Of a DNA stretch of 41,945 nucleotides, positions 17,801 to 24,513 are shown piece by piece (the stretch's first letter is position 1; every line of letters begins with the position of its first letter). The DNA comes from an uncultured Roseivirgaceae bacterium (lineage in GTDB: Bacteria > Bacteroidota > Bacteroidia > Cytophagales > Cyclobacteriaceae): contig CAZHZP010000001.1 in NCBI GenBank assembly GCA_964537165.1, forward strand, positions 1 to 41,945, read 5' to 3'. Below the pieces are notes generated by a model, which saw only the letters and a program-made list of their open reading frames with translations, did no database searches and had not been told where the DNA came from. The translations under genes were made by a program, and so were the position numbers.

Positions 17801-18261
17801 GAGTCGAAGGTGATATAAGGGTCATCAAGATCTACCCAATAGCCGATTTTCTCAGTAAGGTCATCCCATTCGCTTTTGAAGCGCATCACTGTCTCCCGGC
17901 ACTTCTTGTTATAATCTTCTACGGAAATCGTCTTGCCTATATCTTCTTTGGTGATACCCAATTCTTTCTCTACCTGCAATTCGACAGGTAGCCCATGGGT
18001 ATCCCAGCCCCCTTTTCTCTTGACATGAAAGCCTTTTAAGGTTTTATACCTGCAAAAAATATCCTTGATGGTACGCGCCATGACGTGGTGTATCCCGGGG
18101 GTACCGTTGGCAGAAGGAGGCCCTTCGTAGAATGTAAAGGTCTCGGCTCCTCCCCTGTTTTGTACCGATTTTTCAAAGATCTTGTTTTGCTTCCACGAGG
18201 CCAATACCTTTTCGCCTATTTCCGGATAGCTAACTTGTTTATATTCTGGATATTTTTTCAC
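14869..18261 (-). CDS. ileS: isoleucine--tRNA ligase (long, type 2-like form)
   Basis: 1130 aa. HIGH-region PPSANGTPGIHHVMAR, KMSKS motif GNKMSKRLGN and an editing-domain insertion. GTG start, with no in-frame upstream ATG before a stop. Confidence 0.95.
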   Translation of the reverse strand: MKKYPEYKQVSYPEIGEKVLASWKQNKIFEKSVQNRGGAETFTFYEGPPSANGTPGIHHVMARTIKDIFCRYKTLKGFHVKRKGGWDTHGLPVELQVEKELGITKEDIGKTISVEDYNKKCRETVMRFKSEWDDLTEKIGYWVDLDDPYITFDSKYIESLWHLLKQLYEKDLLYKGYTIQPYSPAAGTGLSSHELNQPGCYREVKDTSITAQFKVNGQEDVYLLAWTTTPWTLPANSALAVGEKLDYVKVKTFNPYTFLPQTVILAKARLSAYFNPKAKALKLGDYKAGDKLIPYEVIEELKGKDLLGLAYEQLFPIEGLALAAPAFTVISGDYVTTEDGTGIVHLAKAFGADDFRTLQQQHIPGIFVKDENDKDVPVVDKQGKFLPVVGRYLVDKIAEHKITSHKTYGVDDFYVKNYAKDDEDATDYKNTDVIISIILKNENKAFKVEKYEHSYPHCWRTDMPILYYPLESWFIRTTAYKDRLVELNKTINWKPEATGTGRFGNWLENLVDWNLSRSRFWGTPLPIWRNEEGTETKCIGSIEELNQEIAQSIKMGFMTASPFKEGEMDLHRPYVDDVVLVSSSGEKMTREPDLIDVWFDSGAMPYAQWHYPFENEDVFKANYPADYIAEGVDQTRGWFFTLHAIAGMLFDSVAFKNVVANGLVLDKNGNKMSKRLGNAVDPFATLKEYGPDALRWYLLSNANPWDNLKFNAEGVAEVQRRFFGTLQNTYNFFALYANLDEFLYDAGTKVPVIDRPELDRWIISKLQTLVAEVEEAMDQYDATKATRAIMNFTVDQLSNWYVRLARKRFWRGDMNIDKQAAYETLYECLMTLNQLMSSFAPFYADWMYRNLTESARGTEQALAASVHLSDWNSADPALINQDLEASMQLAQDISSLVHSLRKKERLKVRQPLQKILIPILNEKVKEQIQHVEELIKAEVNIKEIEYIDDTSGILVKNIKPNFALLGRRFGPKMKQVAAAVSQWGQEEIGMIERNGRFDLSVDGEQVSLSLEEVLITSQDIPGWSVASDRGITVALDVTLTTGLKQEGIARDFVNRIQNLRKDMGLEVQDKISIQVNTSTEEVDLALTGFADYIQAETQALSLSICETLDDAIELDMDDYMLSVKVEKAAV

Positions 18262-18601
18262 GATATCTTTTTTACAACACCTATTACATCAATTCTGTTT
18301 CCCCCATGCGCAAACCAAACGAACCGTTCTTCCCTATGATGAAATCAATGAAGGCGTGGGGGAAAAGTACTGGGATTTTTGTCCAGTAGCTTTTAAAAAA
18401 GGCTGAATGGCAACATCCAACCTTTTCAAAAGCAGGCACAAAGTTAGCAGAAAAGTAGGTTAATGCGTTGTCGTATCTAAAAAAGTTGGACAGCAGGAAA
18501 AGCCTGGGTGCAGGCCTTCCTATATAGATAACCATCCGCAATAGTTTCTGCCTTCGCATTTTTCGGTTAATTTTGCATCTTATTCTTAAAATATACAACA
18601 A

Positions 18602-19741
18602 GTGGGGGAAAATTATCAAGCAAAAACCCTAGGGATCATTGGCGGGGGCCAATTGGGAAGAATGGTGATCCAATCGGCTATCAATTATAATGTTGACGTC
18701 CATATCCTTGATCCTGACCCTAATGCTCCTTGTAAGGATATTGCCCAAAAGTTTGTCCAGGGCAAGCTGACGGATTTTGAGGCTGTTTATAAATTCGGCA
18801 AAGACTGTGACGTGATCACCATTGAGATAGAGCATGTCAACACAGAAGCATTAGCCCAACTGGAAAAAGAAGGCAAAAAGGTTTTCCCGCAGCCCCATAT
18901 TATCAAGTTGATCCAGGACAAAAGGGAGCAAAAGCAGTTTTACCTGAAGAACAATGTCCCTACGGCGGAGTTTATCCTTACCGACAACCAAGCCGAGGTG
19001 CAGTCTCATGCTGATTTTCTGCCGGCGGTGAACAAGCTAGGCAAAGAAGGCTATGATGGAAGGGGTGTTCAGGTGATCCGAACCGAAGCGGACATGAACA
19101 GCGCCTTCGAAGCCCCTAGTCTCCTGGAAAAACTGGTGGATTTCGAGAAAGAAATCGCGGTTATCGTCGCGAGAAGCGAAGGAGGCGAAATGAAAGCGTT
19201 CCCTCCTGTGGAGTGCGTTTTTCATCCCGTGGCCAACTTGGTTGAGTTTTTATTTTCGCCTGCTGAGATCAGTGAGTCCCTCAGCGCCAAAGCCATTTCA
19301 ACTGCCCAAGCTGTGATCGAAAAATTGGGTATGGTGGGTCTGTTGGCGGTGGAAATGTTTGTCACCCGTGAAGGAGAAATCCTCGTTAATGAGATCGCCC
19401 CCCGTCCTCACAACAGCGGACACCATACCATCGAAGCCAATTTCACCTCACAGTTTGAACAACATCTTCGATCAGTGATGAACATGCCCCTAGGGGACAC
19501 GGGCATTCGATCCGCCGCTGCCATGGTAAATCTATTGGGAGAGGACGGCTATACCGGTGAAGCAATGGTGGAAGGGTTGGACGAGGCCATGGCTCAAAAA
19601 GGGGTATATGTCCATCTGTACGGAAAGAAAATCACCAAGCCCTTCCGCAAAATGGGCCATGTCACCGTTCTGGAGGAAAACATGGAGGAACTAAAAAGTA
19701 AGGCGAAAAAATTAAAAGAAAGCATCAAAATAAAGGCATAA
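18602..19741 (+). CDS. purK: 5-(carboxyamino)imidazole ribonucleotide synthase
   Basis: [13 protein letters not shown]-terminus and ATP-grasp body ([19 protein letters not shown]). Directly upstream of purE. GTG start. Confidence 0.9.
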   Translation: MGENYQAKTLGIIGGGQLGRMVIQSAINYNVDVHILDPDPNAPCKDIAQKFVQGKLTDFEAVYKFGKDCDVITIEIEHVNTEALAQLEKEGKKVFPQPHIIKLIQDKREQKQFYLKNNVPTAEFILTDNQAEVQSHADFLPAVNKLGKEGYDGRGVQVIRTEADMNSAFEAPSLLEKLVDFEKEIAVIVARSEGGEMKAFPPVECVFHPVANLVEFLFSPAEISESLSAKAISTAQAVIEKLGMVGLLAVEMFVTREGEILVNEIAPRPHNSGHHTIEANFTSQFEQHLRSVMNMPLGDTGIRSAAAMVNLLGEDGYTGEAMVEGLDEAMAQKGVYVHLYGKKITKPFRKMGHVTVLEENMEELKSKAKKLKESIKIKA

Positions 19742-19742
19742 T

Positions 19743-20258
19743 ATGAGCAAACAGGTAGGTATCATCATGGGAAGCAAGTCCGATCTTCCTGTCATGCAAG
19801 AAGCGGCCAAAATACTGGAAGAACTGGGTGTAGGTTACGAGTTGACGATTGTCTCCGCCCACCGCACCCCTTTAAGAATGGTGGAGTATGCCGAGACAGC
19901 CCGGAAAAAAGGATTAAAGGCCATCATAGCCGGGGCAGGCGGCGCTGCCCACCTTCCCGGAATGGTCGCATCTTTGACGTCCTTGCCTGTCATAGGCGTA
20001 CCTGTAAAATCATCCAACTCCATAGATGGATGGGACAGCATCTTGTCAATTTTACAAATGCCGGGAGGCATTCCGGTAGCTACGGTCGCCTTGAATGGGG
20101 CCAAAAATGCGGGCATCCTAGCGGCCTCCATTGTGGGCGCCTTTGACGCCCAGGTCGCAGAAAATCTGGATGCCTATAAAAAAGGGCTTAAGGAAACCGT
20201 GGAAGAGGCCGCTAGAGAGCTAGAGACAAAAGGCTGGAAAGGCACCTCTCATGATTGA
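19743..20258 (+). CDS. purE: 5-(carboxyamino)imidazole ribonucleotide mutase
   Basis: [20 protein letters not shown] and [13 protein letters not shown] signatures. Starts 1 nt after the purK stop. Confidence 0.95.
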   Translation: MSKQVGIIMGSKSDLPVMQEAAKILEELGVGYELTIVSAHRTPLRMVEYAETARKKGLKAIIAGAGGAAHLPGMVASLTSLPVIGVPVKSSNSIDGWDSILSILQMPGGIPVATVALNGAKNAGILAASIVGAFDAQVAENLDAYKKGLKETVEEAARELETKGWKGTSHD

Positions 20259-20284
20259 TAGAGCATACAACGAAAGATGAAACT

Positions 20285-20434
20285 ATGGATTTAAAAAGAA
20301 TAATCCGATTCAAATTGGGTTCTGAGGATTGGGAGATCCCTCTGGGAATCATATTTTTGATGTTGGGCATAACCTTAGCCATGATCCTTGGAGCAGTTTA
20401 TATTGGCTACTCATTTGGGAGCGACGCGTTCTAA
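20285..20434 (+). CDS. possible 49-aa single-TM small protein (below the ORF-track cutoff)
   Basis: ATG ORF reading MDLKRIIRFKLGSEDWEIPLGIIFLMLGITLAMILGAVYIGYSFGSDAF, with one clear hydrophobic helix. It lies 26 nt downstream of purE on the same strand. There is no other support. Confidence 0.3.
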   Translation: MDLKRIIRFKLGSEDWEIPLGIIFLMLGITLAMILGAVYIGYSFGSDAF

Positions 20435-20496
20435 TTCTATGTGATCACAATCATAAAAAACCTATCGATCATATAATTCATATGAGTAGAGAGTAG

Positions 20497-21192
20497 TTAT
20501 TTTTTTATTGCAATCAATGACTTTGTCATAAAAAAGGATTTTTCCTGGATAATTTCCGCCTCTGGGAAAAGGCGCCTCATATCCTTTACTGTGAGCAGGT
20601 TGACATCAGGCGTACTTGACTTCACCCAGTACTTACTCAACAATTGAATCAATTTTATCTGAAAGGTTCTTGGGAGATAAATAAAAAACGAAGGAAACCA
20701 AGTATGACTTTCAATGAAAAAATGCCGGTAAGGCGTTTGCACAAAATATTTTTTGCTCACCCTTCTGATTTCATCCGCCAGAAACTTCTGACGGGCAAAG
20801 CTTTTTTCTTTAAATTCCCTGTTGGTTTTTATCTTGTAAATTTCATCCTTATCGACCGTAACGTGTTCAATCACAGAATTGCAAAAAATCACGTCAAAGT
20901 AGTTGTCTTCAAAAGGAATCTTACCACTTTCGTCAAGTAAGATTGTCTTAAAACCGTATTTCTTATTGGCAGTCTCTAATGCTTGTGTTGCAATGTCTGC
21001 TACATATAGCTCCTCACCTTTAGACGGAATTAAGAAAGCCAACCAAGAGCCATCATAGCCTCCAAAGTCCAAAACCCTATCTTCTGGACTCACTGTCAGA
21101 TATTTATAAAATAAATCCTTTCGGTTCTGTTTAAATTTTTGCGAATACCTCTTAAAAATTTTCTCCCTAACAAAATTACTGCTCTGGCTCAT
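20497..21192 (-). CDS. class I SAM-dependent methyltransferase
   Basis: Motif I-like RVLDFGGYDGSW, acidic loop LYVADI and post-I/II FDVIFCNSVIEHV. The composition is very AT-rich, like the polysaccharide locus. Confidence 0.7.
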   Translation of the reverse strand: MSQSSNFVREKIFKRYSQKFKQNRKDLFYKYLTVSPEDRVLDFGGYDGSWLAFLIPSKGEELYVADIATQALETANKKYGFKTILLDESGKIPFEDNYFDVIFCNSVIEHVTVDKDEIYKIKTNREFKEKSFARQKFLADEIRRVSKKYFVQTPYRHFFIESHTWFPSFFIYLPRTFQIKLIQLLSKYWVKSSTPDVNLLTVKDMRRLFPEAEIIQEKSFFMTKSLIAIKK

Positions 21193-21375
21193 ATGCGATT
21201 TTTTTTGCGGGAATTTACTTAATTTATTCTTTTAAAAAATGCATTTGCCATCTTTTTCTTTCCACACCAGCTACATCCCGAATGTTACGTTTGAGACTGC
21301 CGCAGTAAACCAACTACTTCTCTGCAACCCGGTGATGCGAGGATATTTACATGGTAACCGATCATATAAAACAAT

Positions 21376-21729
21376 TTAAAAGGGCAATATGTCATCCTCA
21401 TCTTCACTGTAGGTAGTGATATCTGCATTATTAGCCCCCATGTTGCCTGTAGATGATGCGTTCTGTCCAACCCTTTCCACCTTCCAAGCTTTGACATCCG
21501 TGTACCACCTGCCATTATACTCCCTGCTTTCTACTTCAATCCCGGCGGTCACTTCATCGCCCACCCGCATTCCAAATTGGTCGATTTTATCCCCCCATAC
21601 GGTCAGGCATACTTTCTTCGGATATTGCCCTTTGGTTTCTAGCACATAATCTCTCTTCCTCCATACACCGTTTCTTCCGTTTCCTGACTGCTCATCCATT
21701 ACTTGGATAATTTTACCGTTAATCTCCAT
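21376..21729 (-). CDS. DUF3127 domain protein (OB-fold-like)
   Basis: MEINGKIIQVMDEQSGNGRNGVWRKRDYVLET...KVCLTVWGDKIDQF...GDEVTAGIEVESREYNGRWYTDVKAWKVE is the characteristic DUF3127 pattern, as I recall it. Confidence 0.8.
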   Translation of the reverse strand: MEINGKIIQVMDEQSGNGRNGVWRKRDYVLETKGQYPKKVCLTVWGDKIDQFGMRVGDEVTAGIEVESREYNGRWYTDVKAWKVERVGQNASSTGNMGANNADITTYSEDEDDILPF

Positions 21730-21816
21730 ATATCGCTGTAGCTTTTTAAAATAATTTCCAAAAAACGAAGGTAGTGAATTCGACGTAATTTACGAACCCA
21801 GATACCACAAAAGGTC

Positions 21817-21895
21817 GGTGTGGCGCTGCTGTCTTCATGATAACGGCCGACGCGAATCTCCTAGTGTGTGGCAGAAATAGACGGCACGCCACATC
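21817..21895 (+). ncRNA. candidate structured RNA element (long bulged hairpin in a GC-rich island); function unknown
   Basis: 21817-21825 pairs with 21887-21895 (9 bp). After a 1-nt bulge (c21826), 21827-21834 pairs with 21879-21886 (8 bp). Two of the pairs are G-U (21818/21894, 21830/21883), which are valid only in a plus-strand transcript. It encloses a 44-nt interior. I could match no known RNA family. Confidence 0.2.
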
Positions 21896-22021
21896 AGTGG
21901 GGAGACTGGAGGACTAAGACTAAGGGCGTTGAAGAAGTGTTTCAATATATTTCGCAAGCCACGCTAACCTAGAACTTAAATCCATCAGAACGTTGTTAAA
22001 CTACAAACAGAAAAAAAGAAC

Positions 22022-22363
22022 ATGGATAATAACTGGAAAAAACTAGAGCATCTTGCCCAGCTTGAACAGATCAAAAAGGAGAGTGAGACACGCACTGTAC
22101 TGATTTTCAAGCATTCTACCCGATGCTCCATCAGTGCAATGGCTTGGGACAGGTTAAAGAGGAATTGGAAACCTCAAGACAACGAGAAGATCAGCCCTTA
22201 CTTTCTAGATTTGATACAATTCAGAGAAATCTCGAATTCCCTGGCCAAAGATTTTAATGTTGAACATGAATCCCCACAGGCGATAATTATCAAAAAAGGC
22301 AAAGCCACGTATCACAACAGCCACATGGGCATTGATTACAAAGAGATTATCTTGCAGGCATAA
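22022..22363 (+). CDS. ytxJ: bacillithiol-system redox-active protein YtxJ (thioredoxin-like, single-Cys)
   Basis: 113 aa. VLIFKHSTRCSISAMAW carries the family's TRCS(I/P)S motif. Length and the C-terminal ESPQAIIIKKGKA pattern fit. Confidence 0.8.
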   Translation: MDNNWKKLEHLAQLEQIKKESETRTVLIFKHSTRCSISAMAWDRLKRNWKPQDNEKISPYFLDLIQFREISNSLAKDFNVEHESPQAIIIKKGKATYHNSHMGIDYKEIILQA

Positions 22364-22390
22364 GGAAGTTCACACTTCCTTTTTTTATTT
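22362..22390 (+). terminator. rho-independent terminator after ytxJ
   Basis: 8-bp stem AAGGAAGT / ACTTCCTT with loop TCAC, followed by a T-run (TTTTTTATTTT). It overlaps the ytxJ stop codon. Confidence 0.7.
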
Positions 22391-22601
22391 TAAATATAGA
22401 AAAAAGCATTTCCCGATTTTTTTTGGCAAAGTGATTGCTCTTCGACCAATCCGACGTTTTCTGCTATAAAAGCAAGTTGACATCTTCACCACGGTAGAGG
22501 GGAAATTCAGAACGTTCGCTGTAATTCTGTTTATTTCTCCAGCATATGACCTCAAAGCTAAGATTTACGCACGATTAAAAATGTTTTTAACATACAAAAA
22601 A

Positions 22602-22631
22602 TTGCTTTACATAAATTCATTATTATCTTTG
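22602..22631 (+). promoter_or_regulatory. Bacteroidota sigma-A-type promoter for the polysaccharide locus
   Basis: TTG (22602-22604), a 19-nt spacer, then TATCTTTG (22624-22631, an exact TAnnTTTG match). It ends about 20-30 nt upstream of the first candidate start codons of the sugar transferase. Confidence 0.5.
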
Positions 22632-22650
22632 CATCAAGAATATTAAACTA

Positions 22651-23319
22651 GTGCGGTTTATGGACAGAACTTTTACAAAAAAAGAACAGATTTCCAACCC
22701 TCCTACGCCTTTGTTCACAGACTCTTCAAAAGTTGTGATGAAACGGATTTTTGATGTTACACTATCTCTGCTCGCTTTGGTATTGGTTTGTTCCTGGCTT
22801 TTCCCGATAATTGCAGCAGCGATCAAGCTGACGTCAAAGGGTCCGGTGCTCTTTAAACAGCTGAGACATGGCAAGGACAATGTCCCTTTTTATTGCCTCA
22901 AATTCAGAACCATGGTTACAAATAAGGAGGCGGACTTTCTGCAAGCCAGCAAGGACGATAAGAGAGTAACCCAAGTGGGTAAGTTTCTCCGCCGGACGAG
23001 TCTGGACGAACTGCCCCAAATCATCAATGTACTTAGAGGGGAGATGTCCATAGTAGGGCCGCGGCCGCATACCGTGCCGATGAACGAGGTATTTGCCCAG
23101 GAGATCGACAACTTCATGTTCCGCCATGCGGTTAAACCCGGCATTACTGGCTTGGCGCAAGCCAAAGGCTACCGAGGTGAAACAAAGAACTTCTACGACA
23201 TCCATTCCCGATATAAGTTGGATATGTTCTATGTAAGAAACTGGTGTATTTACTTCGACTCCAAGATTATACTTAAGACCTTCTATAGCCTCTGTTTTAA
23301 TAACCAACGAGCTTACTGA
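22651..23319 (+). CDS. initiating undecaprenyl-phosphate sugar phosphotransferase (Bac_transf / WbaP C-terminal-domain type)
   Basis: MKRIFDVTLSLLALVLV TM segment, then LDELPQIINVLRGEMSIVGPRPH and KPGITGLAQ signatures. The GTG at 22651 is the longest option. The ATG at 22660 or the ATG at 22738 (MKRIFD...) are more typical starts. Confidence 0.9.
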   Translation: MRFMDRTFTKKEQISNPPTPLFTDSSKVVMKRIFDVTLSLLALVLVCSWLFPIIAAAIKLTSKGPVLFKQLRHGKDNVPFYCLKFRTMVTNKEADFLQASKDDKRVTQVGKFLRRTSLDELPQIINVLRGEMSIVGPRPHTVPMNEVFAQEIDNFMFRHAVKPGITGLAQAKGYRGETKNFYDIHSRYKLDMFYVRNWCIYFDSKIILKTFYSLCFNNQRAY

Positions 23320-23713
23320 CCCCCATTTAGTGAAATAAACCCACCCTGACCAGTCAATATTGAAGCTCCGTTTCCTCTTTCGTGGGTATGGTAAGTCTCT
23401 CTATTAATTTTGCTAAAGTAGATTTACTCCTACTAGATAAAGAAGGTTCGTTATAACCGGCAGTTTGCACATGCTATTCTATAGGCATAACTTGTGACCG
23501 ACGGGGCGAAGCTGTACTTCGCAAATGGACTTTCTCCTAGGATAACTAATGCAAGAAGCCTGCTGTTGAACATTAAAAACAACGACGTTTATGACACAGC
23601 TATCATTAAGCTGCAAATTACCTCCAACAAAGAAAAAATTTCATTTATTCTATTAAATTTGGACATAGAACAATAAACTAAATTGGACTGGATTACGCAG
23701 TGGATAAACCGTT

Positions 23714-24505
23714 ATGAAAATGAGACCTCACTTATTGAATTTGATTCTACTATTATTGTTATTATCTACCGGTTGCGCCAAAAGAAATTTGGTTTATTTC
23801 AGCGATATTGACAAGTCATCGAACTTTTCTGCAAAAATACCAGAAATGATTGAACCAATAATCCAGACCGACGATTTATTAAAAATTACAGTGACAAGCC
23901 TAAGCCCGGAATCCAATTTGCTCTTTAATTCTGGAGTTCTAAACCCAACAGGAAACCGGGCTGGAGGGACGGAAACGTTAAACGAGGGCTACTTAGTCGA
24001 CAAAAATGGTGAGATTAATTTTCCGGTATTAGGTATGGTTAAGCTAGCTGGCCTTACGAAGCCCGAAGCTATTGAAGAAATGTCTTTCAGGCTACAGGAA
24101 TATGTAAAGGATCCGATCGTGAATATTCGGTTTACGAATTTTAAAATCACCGTAATTGGTGAAGTCAATAAACCAGCGACTTTTACCGTTCCGACCGAAA
24201 AGATAAACATTCTCGAGGCGCTGGGGCTTGCTGGAGACATGACACCCTACGGAAAACGGGAAAATGTACTTATCATCAGGGAGAAGGACGGGATAAGAAG
24301 TGCCACAAGGGTTGATCTAAATAAAAATGACATATTAAGTTCCCCCTACTATTATCTTCAGCAGAACGATGTGATCTATGTCGAACCAGACAAAATTAAG
24401 GCTATCCAAGCCTCTACGAATCAGCGGTCTCTGACCCTGCTTGGAATCACAACATCTGTAGCTATTTCTTTATTATTCAACCTAAGAATGCTCTTAGACA
24501 GATAA
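23714..24505 (+). CDS. wza: polysaccharide export outer-membrane lipoprotein (Wza family)
   Basis: Lipobox LLSTGC. Poly_export block (INFPVLGMVKLAGLTKPEAIEEMS) and an SLBB-like block (KITVIGEVNKPATFTVP...NILEALGLAGD). Confidence 0.9.
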   Translation: MKMRPHLLNLILLLLLLSTGCAKRNLVYFSDIDKSSNFSAKIPEMIEPIIQTDDLLKITVTSLSPESNLLFNSGVLNPTGNRAGGTETLNEGYLVDKNGEINFPVLGMVKLAGLTKPEAIEEMSFRLQEYVKDPIVNIRFTNFKITVIGEVNKPATFTVPTEKINILEALGLAGDMTPYGKRENVLIIREKDGIRSATRVDLNKNDILSSPYYYLQQNDVIYVEPDKIKAIQASTNQRSLTLLGITTSVAISLLFNLRMLLDR

Positions 24506-24513
24506 AAACCCAC

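Noticed and set aside
18500-18601. Purine-riboswitch-like string AGTTTCTGCC upstream of purK
   Set aside because: It resembles the J2-3 segment AGUUUCUACC, but no P2 or P3 hairpins or P1 closing stem can be drawn around it. Chance similarity.
20440-20454. TGTGATCACA palindrome and the overlapping FNR-like TGATCACAATCA
   Set aside because: It sits between two convergent gene ends with no downstream gene to regulate, so it is most likely a chance occurrence. Worth including only if a genome-wide motif scan is done.
22364-22650. Search for invertible-promoter inverted repeats upstream of the polysaccharide locus
   Set aside because: Only short palindromes were found (GAACGTTC, ATGTT/AACAT). 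There are no long flanking inverted repeats and no recombinase gene nearby.
22834-23307. 157-aa minus-strand ORF
   Set aside because: Antisense to the sugar phosphotransferase gene, which has the LDELPQ...MSIVGPRP signature.
23494-23676. 60-aa GTG-initiated ORF in the PGT-wza gap
   Set aside because: No ATG and no internal Met, no recognisable motif, and no obvious ribosome-binding context. Treated as non-coding, and the gap itself is reported as a finding.
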